Positions 9,513 through 19,539 of a DNA stretch of 45,069 nt are shown one piece after another. This stretch comes from Oligoflexales bacterium. Its GTDB lineage: Bacteria; Bdellovibrionota_B; Oligoflexia; Oligoflexales; JBIKVD01. The position numbers and the translations under genes are program-made. The stretch covers positions 1 through 45,069 of the forward strand of contig JBIKVD010000002.1 in NCBI GenBank assembly GCA_044357055.1. The letters are read 5' to 3'. Numbering within the stretch: position 1 is the first letter of the stretch; each line of letters opens with the position of its first letter. The notes beneath the pieces were generated by a model that was not told the origin of the DNA, searched no databases, and worked only from the letters and a program-made list of their open reading frames with translations.

Positions 9513-11168
9513 TCAATAAGTAAACGGCATATCCATCTCACGTACGACGTTGGTAGCGCAATGGACTTCGCCCAAGTTGAAATGATAGATGGCATCATCA
9601 ACAAAGTGAATCGTTTCCGGACTTCCAAGATGCGGACTCAATGTATTGGAGACCATCTCTCTGAGCCGGCTTACCCAAGGATCCGGAAAAATAACATGAT
9701 TTCTGAGCACTAACGCATTCGTCATGCCTGGCAAGTGAGCTGAATCTTTGCTCCACAAACCGAAATTTTTGACGCCATCAACATAAAAGTTTGGCAAAAA
9801 GGCCTGTGGTATCATTTCAACTTGTTTGCAAGTGGCGACATCCATGACTTTTTTAACAGATTCCTGCACCGAGCGCTCGGCGTATAGATTTCTGTAAATA
9901 TAGAATTTTGCAAAAGAGTCCGTTTTACGAATGACGCCCATAACTGTGTCAAAGGGTAGATATTCGACGTCCGATAAGCCGGTGATAGCTTTTGTAGCTT
10001 TAGTGAAGTCGTAATCATCCAAATTTGCAGACACACCAGGAGCAGCACCACCGTCTTTTCTGAAGTAATTGAGCGCAGTAATAAGGTCTGCCTTAGTCAG
10101 CAAAGTTTCGATCGCGATATTCTTTCCTGTTTTATCTCGGCCAATAGGAACCGTTGCTAGTTCCTCTGCGAACATCTGATATTCCGCGTTACTTGCTTCC
10201 TCTAAAATCACTTTCAAGGCCATTAGAGTGCTGCCCCAAACTAAGGTAGAGTCGCAAGCTTTGTTCGATGGAATATAAGTCATGTATTCATCGACGTGCC
10301 CAACCGCTAACCAATCACTCTCAATTTTAATTGCGTCTGGATTTCCTTTTTCCACGAAAATATCATAAAGAGGTGACGGAAGATTCGCGGCAGAATAGGT
10401 TGGATCATCAACTGAGTCTCCTATATAAACGATCCCGTTCGGAGTCACTTCGATGTTGCCACCGTATTGAGCCGAGTTTCCCGTATCCATCCCAAGCTTA
10501 ACAAGCGGAATGCCCAAAAGATCACGATAAACTTCGGGACTATATACATCACGATTTTCATTCCTAAAGGTGTCAACTACCAGATATACAGGATCTGCCA
10601 GACCAGTAATTTTTGCGGACGCAAATTCGCCGAAATCTTGAATCCATAAGTCCTCGCCATCAGGTTTATCCGTTTCCATCGGTGCCAGACTCAACTTTCC
10701 GTTGTAATTTGGGTCTTCAATGCTCAAAGTTGCGTCAATCGTTTTCACAAGCAAATCATAGTCGGCTCTCCGACCTTTATTAAACATAACAATAAGAGTG
10801 ATCTCCTGATTATATAGATCATCTCTCGTAATAGTTGGCTTTCCGATGGTTGGTTCGAGATTCTCGGAAACGTTGATTTCGTGAATCTCTTTATAAAGGT
10901 CGATCACAAAACGCCAATTGTTAAATGAATCAGTGCTTTTCCCAAAAAGATAAACATTGACTCCTTTTGGCACGTAAGTGTTTGGCAGTACGGTAATCTC
11001 TTCAACCAGCGTTTCATCGATTGTTTTATCCCAACCTGGCACCCCTATATTTGAATCGGGGCCAGGATTTAAGTCTTTGGTTTGGGAAGAAGAGTTAATT
11101 CCTCCACATCCTGAAAATGCCCCTACCAATAGCAATGTGGGCAGTAAAATACCTAGTTTAAAAATCAT
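9513..11168 (-). CDS. Protein-arginine deiminase (PAD) family lipoprotein
   Basis: PAD catalytic motifs WIQD, GGNIEVTP, WLAVGHVDE and GEVHCATN; lipobox FSGC; GGAGG ribosome-binding site before ATG 11168. Confidence 0.88.
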   Translation of the reverse strand: MIFKLGILLPTLLLVGAFSGCGGINSSSQTKDLNPGPDSNIGVPGWDKTIDETLVEEITVLPNTYVPKGVNVYLFGKSTDSFNNWRFVIDLYKEIHEINVSENLEPTIGKPTITRDDLYNQEITLIVMFNKGRRADYDLLVKTIDATLSIEDPNYNGKLSLAPMETDKPDGEDLWIQDFGEFASAKITGLADPVYLVVDTFRNENRDVYSPEVYRDLLGIPLVKLGMDTGNSAQYGGNIEVTPNGIVYIGDSVDDPTYSAANLPSPLYDIFVEKGNPDAIKIESDWLAVGHVDEYMTYIPSNKACDSTLVWGSTLMALKVILEEASNAEYQMFAEELATVPIGRDKTGKNIAIETLLTKADLITALNYFRKDGGAAPGVSANLDDYDFTKATKAITGLSDVEYLPFDTVMGVIRKTDSFAKFYIYRNLYAERSVQESVKKVMDVATCKQVEMIPQAFLPNFYVDGVKNFGLWSKDSAHLPGMTNALVLRNHVIFPDPWVSRLREMVSNTLSPHLGSPETIHFVDDAIYHFNLGEVHCATNVVREMDMPFTY

Positions 11169-11447
11169 ATTTACCTCCAAAATTCTTATTTCTGTTCGTT
11201 ACGTTATTACAAATACTCCTAAATTACAATTGCGATTGCCTCAATAAAAAGGAAGTAATCTTTCCTTTTGCTCAAGATTCTAAATTTTAAAAATTAGGAA
11301 AATTAATCGCGCCTGAGCACATCATCAATAACGATGCTCGACACGAAAATTAGAGGATTCGGAATGCCATAAATAAGCAAAGAGAATTGCAGTATGTACT
11401 GCGGCGGCATTTTTACAGGGGTATGCCAGGCATCAATCATCAGTATG

Positions 11448-12848
11448 TTATTTGACGTTAAAGTCAATTTTCATTGCTGGTGCATTGATGGGAGCTGTTT
11501 TAATGAGTCCAGTGTTGTCTTTTGCTTCTATATAAAAAGAAATACGTGCATTGCGAGGCAAATCAGTCATTTTATAACTATAGGTATTTCCGCCACTGTG
11601 CTCCATTTCAAGATTTGACTGTGGACTGCCATTTACCTCCCAAACAATACTGGGAGTCTCTGCTAAGTCTCGATCCAGGGCAGTAATCACTTCCACTTCA
11701 ATTTCGGCTTCCAGACTTGCAATATTGTCTAAATTGACATGCGGAAAGATAAAGGTTGTATCTTTGCGAAGCAAATTCCTTGCTCGACAGTGGACTGAAT
11801 CACCCCATGACGTGCCATCAGCATCGACCCCAACGATACGGTAGCCGGGCAATGAATTTTGATAAATTTGTTTTGCAGTATTATCGGATGAATCTCCGTA
11901 GAGTGGAAAATACAGGGTTTTGTTACTGATAAACGCATTAATATAGGCACGATAATCTTCCCCAAAGAAACCTTTTTTTACCATGGGCAAACGATAAATT
12001 TTATAAGGTGTCCCATATGGACTGATCAAAGATTTAATTTTCGCGACAAATGCTTCAGAATCTTGCCGATATTTAGAACCTGATGGAAATTCTCCTATGA
12101 CCCATGTGTCTGGCGCCACCAATTTGCCATAAGTATCAATGTGCTCAATCGAGATCCCAGGTCCCAGCTTTGAAGTCGTATAACGCTCAATGCCTAAATA
12201 ATCTAACATTCGGGCGTCAATTTCTTGTCTGGAAAGCTTTGAATTTTCAGAGTAAACAAGAGTTGATGAAAACGCGTTTGCTAACCCATCCGGATAGTAA
12301 TTACCGCCTGCGTGAACCAATCCTGTTTTAAAAAGTGGTACTTTCAATGACTCGGCAACGAATTCTGGGACTTTATCATCAAGGGGCCTTGGTCGATTGT
12401 AAATCGTGTCAACAACTCCAAATTGACCATTGCCGTCAAGAATAAACCATGGTCCATAGTCCCTGACCCAGATGCTATCAGTCGGAACGATACTGAAGGA
12501 AATATTGGCAGAAGGTATCTTGTTTTGATTCAACCAGTTTGACCACCAACTACGATCTGAGCTGCTATCGGCAAGGATAGTAACAGGACCATTACTTTGC
12601 AAAGCTCTGATAAACGACGGATTTGTCCATAAAGTAAAAACTGATTCTGCTTCTTCCCATTCACCTAAAGAATGGATCGGATATTGAGGCATAGGGCTGC
12701 CCGCTATGCGTTGCTCAGGTGAAGCAAACGCTTTTACCATTTCTTCCGGAGCGAGACCAATTGGTAGATTTTTTTGATCAGGCGTTACTGCTAGGGCAGC
12801 ACCCGCGAAGAAAAAAAGTGGAATGATCGAAAATAAATTTCTTGTCAT
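11448..12848 (-). CDS. Secreted agmatine deiminase / Porphyromonas-type peptidylarginine deiminase family protein with C-terminal beta-rich (Ig-like) domain
   Basis: GEWEE, DSIWVRDYGP, GGNY, HIDT, YIN, GDSVHC; signal peptide MTRNLFSIIPLFFFAGAALA; AGGAGG before ATG 12848. Confidence 0.88.
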   Translation of the reverse strand: MTRNLFSIIPLFFFAGAALAVTPDQKNLPIGLAPEEMVKAFASPEQRIAGSPMPQYPIHSLGEWEEAESVFTLWTNPSFIRALQSNGPVTILADSSSDRSWWSNWLNQNKIPSANISFSIVPTDSIWVRDYGPWFILDGNGQFGVVDTIYNRPRPLDDKVPEFVAESLKVPLFKTGLVHAGGNYYPDGLANAFSSTLVYSENSKLSRQEIDARMLDYLGIERYTTSKLGPGISIEHIDTYGKLVAPDTWVIGEFPSGSKYRQDSEAFVAKIKSLISPYGTPYKIYRLPMVKKGFFGEDYRAYINAFISNKTLYFPLYGDSSDNTAKQIYQNSLPGYRIVGVDADGTSWGDSVHCRARNLLRKDTTFIFPHVNLDNIASLEAEIEVEVITALDRDLAETPSIVWEVNGSPQSNLEMEHSGGNTYSYKMTDLPRNARISFYIEAKDNTGLIKTAPINAPAMKIDFNVK

Positions 12849-12980
12849 TGTAGCCTCCTGGATAATCTTTAGGTCTGAAGCAACTTTAGCTAACCCATGA
12901 AAATACATCAAATCAATTGATACATTTGACTACAACATCACACTTCAAGAACGTTTAGGACCATCAATTTAAAAATTGCC

Positions 12981-13589
12981 CTAAAAGGAAGCCTTAGAAG
13001 CCTCCTTAAATACTGACTTTGCTGAATTGAGGAAAAGAACGGCGATTCCGATTCCAACAATTAAATCTGGCCATTGTGATTTGAAAAAATAGACGAGGGC
13101 TGCTGCAATTAAGACGGCAGTGTTGGCTATGACATCATTTCGCGAGCAAGCCCAAACCGAACTGAAATTGATATCATCATTACGATGCCGCCAAAGCAGA
13201 CGAAGACAGATGACATTTGCTATCAGAACTATAAGGCCAACAATAGTCATAACATTCCACTCAGGCGTTTCGCCTAGATATGCTCTCACAAACGCTGTGG
13301 CCAGCACGGTCAATCCAGTTACTACCATTAAGATTGCCTTAAACTTAGAAACACGAATTTTGGCTGACATACTTGCTCTAAGTACATAAATGCTCGAGCC
13401 GTAAGCCAACGCATCACCCAACATATCGAGAGAATCCCCCATGAGGGCAACAGAATTAGCGAAAAAGCTTGCCCCAAGCTCAAACACAAACATTGCCAAA
13501 TTGATACTAAGTACAATCCATAAAACTTTGGAGTGAGCTTTAGCTAGTTGGTTAATCTGGGGGTTTTCTCCACAACAACTCTTCCCCAT
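12981..13589 (-). CDS. Short CDF-family cation transporter
   Basis: N-terminal CC, LMGDSLDMLGD, SRNDVIAN, WPDL; about 6 hydrophobic segments. Confidence 0.9.
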   Translation of the reverse strand: MGKSCCGENPQINQLAKAHSKVLWIVLSINLAMFVFELGASFFANSVALMGDSLDMLGDALAYGSSIYVLRASMSAKIRVSKFKAILMVVTGLTVLATAFVRAYLGETPEWNVMTIVGLIVLIANVICLRLLWRHRNDDINFSSVWACSRNDVIANTAVLIAAALVYFFKSQWPDLIVGIGIAVLFLNSAKSVFKEASKASF

Positions 13590-13642
13590 TTCTTACTTCC
13601 TCCGATCGAAAAAAATCGATTCAATAAATTTTTCATAACCCA

Positions 13643-15559
13643 TCAACGTTGCCAAGCAACTCTAAGACCGTTCAGGATGATGAGAACCTCACTGCCCTCG
13701 TGACCAATGACCGCTGAAAACATAGACATCGAATTGGAGAAAGTAGCTGCTACCAATATTGCAACAATGGCCAATGAAAGAAAGATGTTTTGCTTTATGA
13801 CTCGTCGAGTGGTTGCACCTAATTTTACTGAGTAAGCCAATCGTAAAAGGTCATTTTTAATTAGAGCCACATCTGCGATCGCCAATGCAGCGTCCGATCC
13901 GCCTGTCCCCATCGCGATTCCGACTGTGGCTGATGCTAAAGCAGGCGCGTCATTGATTCCATCCCCAACCATCGCGACTTCCCCGTATTTCTCCCTGAGA
14001 TTATTAACTTTCGTCACTTTATCCTCGGGAAGAAGTGCCGCATGAAATTCAGTGATTCCTATTAGATTGGAGATCGCTTTTGCTGATCCAACGTTATCTC
14101 CGGTCAACATGACTATGTGTTTAATACCAACTTTCTTGATACTCGATATCAAGGTTCGGGCTTCATCTCGAATTGTATCGGCCAGCGCAATTAAACCAAT
14201 GACTTCACTATTTCTACTAACTGAAATAACGGTATTGCCTTGAGCCTGAGCGTTTGCTTCCCAACTTTTCAGTTCATTGGAAGCTTTATGCAAAAATTGC
14301 TCTGCAGCCTTTGGCTTTATAACAAAGATAGTGTTACCACCGATTTCAGCCTTTGCTCCAACTGAAGTCAAAGCCAGGAAATTATTTACCTCGTAAAATT
14401 CTAATTTTTTGCTGTTTGCGTAGTTTACGACCGCTTTAGCAAGAGGATGTTCCGACAGAAATTCCACAGACGCAGCGAGGCGAATTAATTCGTCCTCAGA
14501 GATGTTCTGAGTATACACTGACACGACTGACGGTTTACCTATTGTCAAAGTTCCGGTTTTATCGATCGCGATTGCTTTTACTTTTCCCAGTCCCTCAAGA
14601 ATGATACCCCCTTTTATGAGGACGCCTCGCTTTGCCGCCCCACCAATTGCTGCAATCATCGTAACTGGAGTCGCTACGGCAAGTGCGCAGGGCGATGCAG
14701 CGACTAGAAATGTTATTGCTTTTCGGATCCAATCTTGTTTGGCGTCACCGCCAAATAAAAACGCAGCTATAGCAATTAGCAGAGCGATTATGAGAACAGC
14801 AGGAGAATAGACTTTGCCAAATCTTTCCACGAATTGCTGTGATTTTCCTTTTTGACTTTGTGCTTTCTCTACTAAATCAATGATCTTATTAACTGTGTTT
14901 TCCTTAAATTCTTTTGTTGTTTTGACAATTATCGAGCCATTGCCATTAAGGGTACCGGCAAATACTTCTTCGCCTGACGATTTGTCAACTGGTATGGACT
15001 CGCCTGTTACAGACGCCTCATTGATCGATGAATTACCTTCCTCGATTAATCCATCGACTGGTATTGATTCGCCAGGTCTGACCCGAATGATTTCGCCAAC
15101 TTGAATTTTTTCAACTTCCGTTTCGGTTTCACTACCGTTTTTAATTACCCTTGCCATTTGAGGCACCAATTTCATTAAATTGCGAACTGCGAAGCGAGTC
15201 TTTTGAATGGTATAGCCCTCTAGAGCCTCGCTTATTGAAAATAGGGCTGCAACTAGAGCGGCTTCTCGCCACTGACCCAACAGACATGCTCCTAATATGG
15301 CCGCGGTCATCAGAAAATCGATTCCAATTTCTTTATCCTTGAAAAGATGGTCGATTGCTTCTCTGGAAAAATAAAATGCTCCAGCGATAGTTGATAAAGC
15401 GAAAAATATATTTGAATACAAAGTTAGGTTGGAAGCCCCCAAAATAAACCCTAGTCCAATAAGCACCCACGACAGGCTAGAACTACGAACCTGAGGATTT
15501 TGCCATAACTCAGGCTTGTGTCCAGGCGGGTCCGTCTCGAAGGATTCGACACTTGTCAT
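13643..15559 (-). CDS. Heavy-metal P1B-type ATPase (SPC/HEG motifs, P1B-4-like)
   Basis: TGES, ASPCALAV, DKTGT, SEHPLA, GDGINDAP, HEGSE. Likely start ATG 15559. Confidence 0.95.
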   Translation of the reverse strand: MTSVESFETDPPGHKPELWQNPQVRSSSLSWVLIGLGFILGASNLTLYSNIFFALSTIAGAFYFSREAIDHLFKDKEIGIDFLMTAAILGACLLGQWREAALVAALFSISEALEGYTIQKTRFAVRNLMKLVPQMARVIKNGSETETEVEKIQVGEIIRVRPGESIPVDGLIEEGNSSINEASVTGESIPVDKSSGEEVFAGTLNGNGSIIVKTTKEFKENTVNKIIDLVEKAQSQKGKSQQFVERFGKVYSPAVLIIALLIAIAAFLFGGDAKQDWIRKAITFLVAASPCALAVATPVTMIAAIGGAAKRGVLIKGGIILEGLGKVKAIAIDKTGTLTIGKPSVVSVYTQNISEDELIRLAASVEFLSEHPLAKAVVNYANSKKLEFYEVNNFLALTSVGAKAEIGGNTIFVIKPKAAEQFLHKASNELKSWEANAQAQGNTVISVSRNSEVIGLIALADTIRDEARTLISSIKKVGIKHIVMLTGDNVGSAKAISNLIGITEFHAALLPEDKVTKVNNLREKYGEVAMVGDGINDAPALASATVGIAMGTGGSDAALAIADVALIKNDLLRLAYSVKLGATTRRVIKQNIFLSLAIVAILVAATFSNSMSMFSAVIGHEGSEVLIILNGLRVAWQR

Positions 15560-15575
15560 CTCGATTTCCCCTAGG

Positions 15576-15600
15576 AAAAAGCCCACCTTTCAGTGGGCTT
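15576..15600 (-). terminator. Intrinsic terminator-like hairpin between the RND gene and the ATPase
   Basis: AAGCCCAC-N6-GTGGGCTT running into a T-tract on the minus strand, just after the RND stop. Confidence 0.7.
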
Positions 15601-15608
15601 AATTTTAT

Positions 15609-18600
15609 TCAGTGACTCATTGCGTTTTCAGAAATATGCATCCGATTCTCTAAAATTCGATAAAGAGAAGGGAGGACAAAAAGTGTGAGAAATGTCGCAG
15701 AAATGATCCCTCCAACCACTACCGATGCAAGAGGCCTTTGAACTTCTGCTCCCGCACCAGTAGCCATCATCATAGGAAGAAATCCAAAGGCGGCGGCCGT
15801 GGCAGTCATGACTACAGGACGCAACCTGAGCAAGGTTCCTTTCATGATCAATTCCTGGCCAGTTAAGCCTTCAAGCTTCAGTTTGTTGAGATAACTGATA
15901 AGAACGATGCCATTCAAGACGGCAATACCTGAAAGAGCCACGAAGCCTATTGCTGCCGATATACTAAAATTTAGACCATTAAAAATAAGTCCAGCTACAC
16001 CGCCGACAAGTGCCATTGGTACGCACAAAAAGATAAGTACAGTTTGAGTAAAACTACGAAACGCTAGGTAAATCAGGATAAATACTGCTACCAATGCCAT
16101 TGGCACTACCAACATTAAACGTTCCTGTGCCGCTTCTAAGTTTTCGAAGGTTCCACCCCACTCAAGGTAGTAGCCGTCTGGAATTTTTAGATTCTTCTCG
16201 ATGGCTTGCCTTGCGTCCGCTACGAAACTTGCCACATCCCTTCCTCTGACGTTGATCAATACGGCCATACGCCTTTTTGCAGACTCGCGCCTAATATCAG
16301 AAAAGGTTTCTTGAATAGAAATGTTGGCGACCTTTTCGAGTGGAACAGTCAACATTTCAGCCGCCCCAACTGGCAGTGAATTAAGAATGCTAGGCTCAGC
16401 TCGCTCTGAGTCATTTAAACGGACAATAATTGGGAAATTTCTGGCCCCCTCATAGAGGGATCCCGCCGGCGTACCACCGATAGCAATTTCCACAGTTTCC
16501 AAGACGTTTTCTTTTGCTAGGCCAAGAGCATGTAACATTTCATACTTTGGTTCAATTCGCAGCACGGGCGAGGTACCCTTTGTTTCAGATTCAACGTCTC
16601 CCGCGCCTTTAAGGCCTTGAATAATTGTCGCCGCTTTCTTACCAAGATCAGAAAGCTGTTCCATGTCATCGCCATAGATTTTAAGCGCCACATCGGATCT
16701 AACCCCTTCAAGTAGCTCATTGAACCTAAGTTGAATTGGCTGTGAAAAAATCAGAGTTTGACCAGGTACCGACTCTTCTAGCTTTTGCTTTAAATTTTGC
16801 ACTAGTTCGGCTTTTGTCACATGTCGTCCATTGCTCTTGGGCCAAGTTTCCGTTGGTTTAAGTAAGATATAAGTATCTGATAAGTTCGGTCCCATTGGAT
16901 CGGTAGCGATTTCAGCCGTACCAATTCTCGAAATAACCCTTTCAACCTCTTCGAATTCGAGAATTGTTTTTTCAGATATTTCTTGAAGTGCTACAGATTG
17001 ATCTAGACTAATATTGGTAGGCCTAACAAATTGAATCGCAATCGAACCTTCGTCTAGCTGAGGAAGAAAGTCTGCCCCTAAATCTTTAAATAACCAAATG
17101 CCGAGAAAAATCGCCGCGAAACCAACAGCAACTATAATCCAACGAATTTTCAAAGCACCTTTAATCATTGGCCTGTAAATTGCTTCCAATAGCCTCATAA
17201 CAGGCGAGTTTTGACTTCCAGAATTTCCAGATAAAAACATTCCGGCAAGTGCCGGAACTGTGGTGAAAGAAAATATGAAAGACGACGCAAGAGCGAATGC
17301 AAAAGTAGCCGCCATAGGGACAAACATTTTTGCTTCAACACCTGTAAGAGCAAAGATAGGAAGGAATACAATTATTATGATTAGCTGTCCAAATCCTGCT
17401 GCGGACCTGATTTCCTGAGTAGCTTTAATAACCTCTTCTTGAATTTCTTGTCTATCCAAGGTCCGATTGAGTTCTGCTCTTTTAGAGGCTAGTTTCCGAA
17501 TACAATTGTCTAGAACAATAACAGCCCCATCGATAATAATTCCGAAATCAAGAGCACCAAGGCTCATCAAATTGCCAGAAACACCGAAATAGTTCATTAA
17601 GATGAAAGTTGTTAAGAGAGAAATTGGAATAACGAATGCAGTAATAAGAGCGGCCCGTAAGTTGCCCAGAATTAAAATTAATACTACGGCAACTAGACCA
17701 GCACCATAGGCAAGATTATGCCACACAGTATTCAGTGTTCGATCTACCAACTCTGAACGATCATAAAGTGTTTCTAATTCTATCCAGTCTGGGAGCGTCT
17801 TTTTGATATCAGTAATTTTTTCGTGAATGGCTTTCGAAATGGTACGACTATTTCCACCAAGAAGCATGAGAGCCGTGCCAACAACTGCTTCCTCGCCATT
17901 CACGACGGCTGCACCAGTGCGCATTTCTCTGTCTGGTTGAACAACCGCCAAGTCACCAACTGTTAGCGTTTCAAAGCCAGGCAATCTCCTAACGACTACA
18001 TTTTTGATATCATCCGGCGACTTGATGAGACCTGCTACTTGAACAAGAAGTTGTTCAGCGGTTTGTTGAATATAGCCACCACCTGTATTTCGATTGTTAT
18101 GCTTTAATGCTTCAACAATCTCATCGAGATGGATGCCATATTGAGCCATTTTCTTAAGGTTTGGCTGTACATGGTACTGCTTCTCGTAGCCACCAATCGC
18201 GTTGACTTCTGCAACACCCGGGACAGTTAGAAGCCTCGGTTTTAGAGACCACTCATTGAACGCTCTTAGTTCCATGAGTTGAAGAAGCCGCTCCGCACCT
18301 TCAGCCTTTTCCTTTGCTTCTAGTGAATAAAAGTAAACTTCACCTAGGCCCGTTGTGATCGGGCCCAGCTCTGGGGAAATGCCTTCGGGCAGGGACTCTC
18401 TAATACCCTGGAGTCTTTCCGCTACCAGTTGCCTGGCCCTGAAGAGATCTGAGCCTTCATGAAAAACGATTGTGACTTGGGAAAGTCCAAACCTTGAAAT
18501 CGAACGGACGTCTTCCACCGAGGGTAAGCCCCCTAAAGCGCTCTCAATTGGGAAGGTAATAAACCGTTCGATTTCCTCCGGAATCATGCCTGAAACTTGT

Positions 18601-18755
18601 GTATTTACCTGCACTTGCACGTTTGTGATGTCGGGAACGGCATCGATTGGAAGAGATTTCAACGAGTACCAACCGAAGACTGCCGCTACCAAGGTCAACA
18701 AAATGAACATGCCTTTTTGCCGAACGCTTAGCTCTATCAAGCGATTAATGGACAT
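15609..18755 (-). CDS. czcA: CusA/CzcA-family heavy-metal efflux RND transporter
   Basis: LPIDAVPDITNVQVQ, GNLMSLGALDFGIIIDGAV, RLRPVVMTA, GAEVQRPLA; ~1050 aa. Likely start ATG 18755. Confidence 0.93.
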   Translation of the reverse strand: MSINRLIELSVRQKGMFILLTLVAAVFGWYSLKSLPIDAVPDITNVQVQVNTQVSGMIPEEIERFITFPIESALGGLPSVEDVRSISRFGLSQVTIVFHEGSDLFRARQLVAERLQGIRESLPEGISPELGPITTGLGEVYFYSLEAKEKAEGAERLLQLMELRAFNEWSLKPRLLTVPGVAEVNAIGGYEKQYHVQPNLKKMAQYGIHLDEIVEALKHNNRNTGGGYIQQTAEQLLVQVAGLIKSPDDIKNVVVRRLPGFETLTVGDLAVVQPDREMRTGAAVVNGEEAVVGTALMLLGGNSRTISKAIHEKITDIKKTLPDWIELETLYDRSELVDRTLNTVWHNLAYGAGLVAVVLILILGNLRAALITAFVIPISLLTTFILMNYFGVSGNLMSLGALDFGIIIDGAVIVLDNCIRKLASKRAELNRTLDRQEIQEEVIKATQEIRSAAGFGQLIIIIVFLPIFALTGVEAKMFVPMAATFAFALASSFIFSFTTVPALAGMFLSGNSGSQNSPVMRLLEAIYRPMIKGALKIRWIIVAVGFAAIFLGIWLFKDLGADFLPQLDEGSIAIQFVRPTNISLDQSVALQEISEKTILEFEEVERVISRIGTAEIATDPMGPNLSDTYILLKPTETWPKSNGRHVTKAELVQNLKQKLEESVPGQTLIFSQPIQLRFNELLEGVRSDVALKIYGDDMEQLSDLGKKAATIIQGLKGAGDVESETKGTSPVLRIEPKYEMLHALGLAKENVLETVEIAIGGTPAGSLYEGARNFPIIVRLNDSERAEPSILNSLPVGAAEMLTVPLEKVANISIQETFSDIRRESAKRRMAVLINVRGRDVASFVADARQAIEKNLKIPDGYYLEWGGTFENLEAAQERLMLVVPMALVAVFILIYLAFRSFTQTVLIFLCVPMALVGGVAGLIFNGLNFSISAAIGFVALSGIAVLNGIVLISYLNKLKLEGLTGQELIMKGTLLRLRPVVMTATAAAFGFLPMMMATGAGAEVQRPLASVVVGGIISATFLTLFVLPSLYRILENRMHISENAMSH

Positions 18756-19539
18756 GGCCTTCTCCTCCCTGTCCTGAAGCTTGGAGGTGAGCAACACGAA
18801 GAAGCCCCACGCCTTGCGTTACTACAAATTCACTAGGACCAGCATCGTCGAGTTCAATAGAAACTTGCTTCTCAGATTTCACTATTTTTTTTGTTTCTAA
18901 GAGTTGATAGGCTTTGCCACGTTTCACATAGACTCCATATTCATCTCGGAAGGTGACCAACGCGGACTTTGGAATGACGAACTTCTTTCCTTGAGCCTTA
19001 ATTTCAGTGGTTATAATTTTCAGTAGTTTCTCTGCTTTTTCGTTGAGCTCAAATCGCTCGCCGTCGTGTTCTACCCGTGTAATCGCCTTATCTTTCCCAA
19101 ACGCAGAGGCTCCGTGATCATCGTGACCACCCCCTTCATGTTCGTCGTGGCCTTCCCCTTTATGATCGCTATGACCTTCTTCTTCATGACCTTCATGATC
19201 TGAATGGCCACCTTTTTCTTCAGCACCGTGCTCTGTATGTTCTACTTTCTCGCCATCCTTATGCTCGGCGTGATCTTTGTGATCATCGTCGTGATCTTCA
19301 TGCTCATCATTTTTTTTAACCTTTGGCTCGTCGGGATGCTCAGTTTTCGTCGCGGAGGCTTGTTCGCTTATTTTTTGTTTTGGGTTGGGTGCTGACTTCT
19401 TTTCCACATCTTTATGCGCCTCTTCATTGTGGTCATGATCATGATCATGATCATGTTGCTCCTGACCAAAAGCGGATCCAGCTGGCAAATAGAGGGTAAA
19501 GAATAAAATCAATGGAAATTTGCAAATATATGGTTTCAC
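18745..19539 (-). CDS. Exported His-rich protein in the CzcB (periplasmic adaptor) position
   Basis: Signal peptide, ~120-aa His/Asp/Glu-rich tract, C-terminal adaptor-like segment (VIPKSALV...GVYV...VVTQG); lies between tolC and czcA. Confidence 0.75.
   Translation of the reverse strand: MKPYICKFPLILFFTLYLPAGSAFGQEQHDHDHDHDHNEEAHKDVEKKSAPNPKQKISEQASATKTEHPDEPKVKKNDEHEDHDDDHKDHAEHKDGEKVEHTEHGAEEKGGHSDHEGHEEEGHSDHKGEGHDEHEGGGHDDHGASAFGKDKAITRVEHDGERFELNEKAEKLLKIITTEIKAQGKKFVIPKSALVTFRDEYGVYVKRGKAYQLLETKKIVKSEKQVSIELDDAGPSEFVVTQGVGLLRVAHLQASGQGGEGHVH

Noticed and set aside
9217-12980. RiPP cluster or agmatine catabolic operon around the deiminases
   Set aside because: No precursor peptide, cyclase, transporter, aguB or carbamate kinase is seen, and both enzymes have export signals.
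19110-19460. CATGAT-type short tandem repeats
   Set aside because: Explained by His-Asp codons of the His-rich protein.
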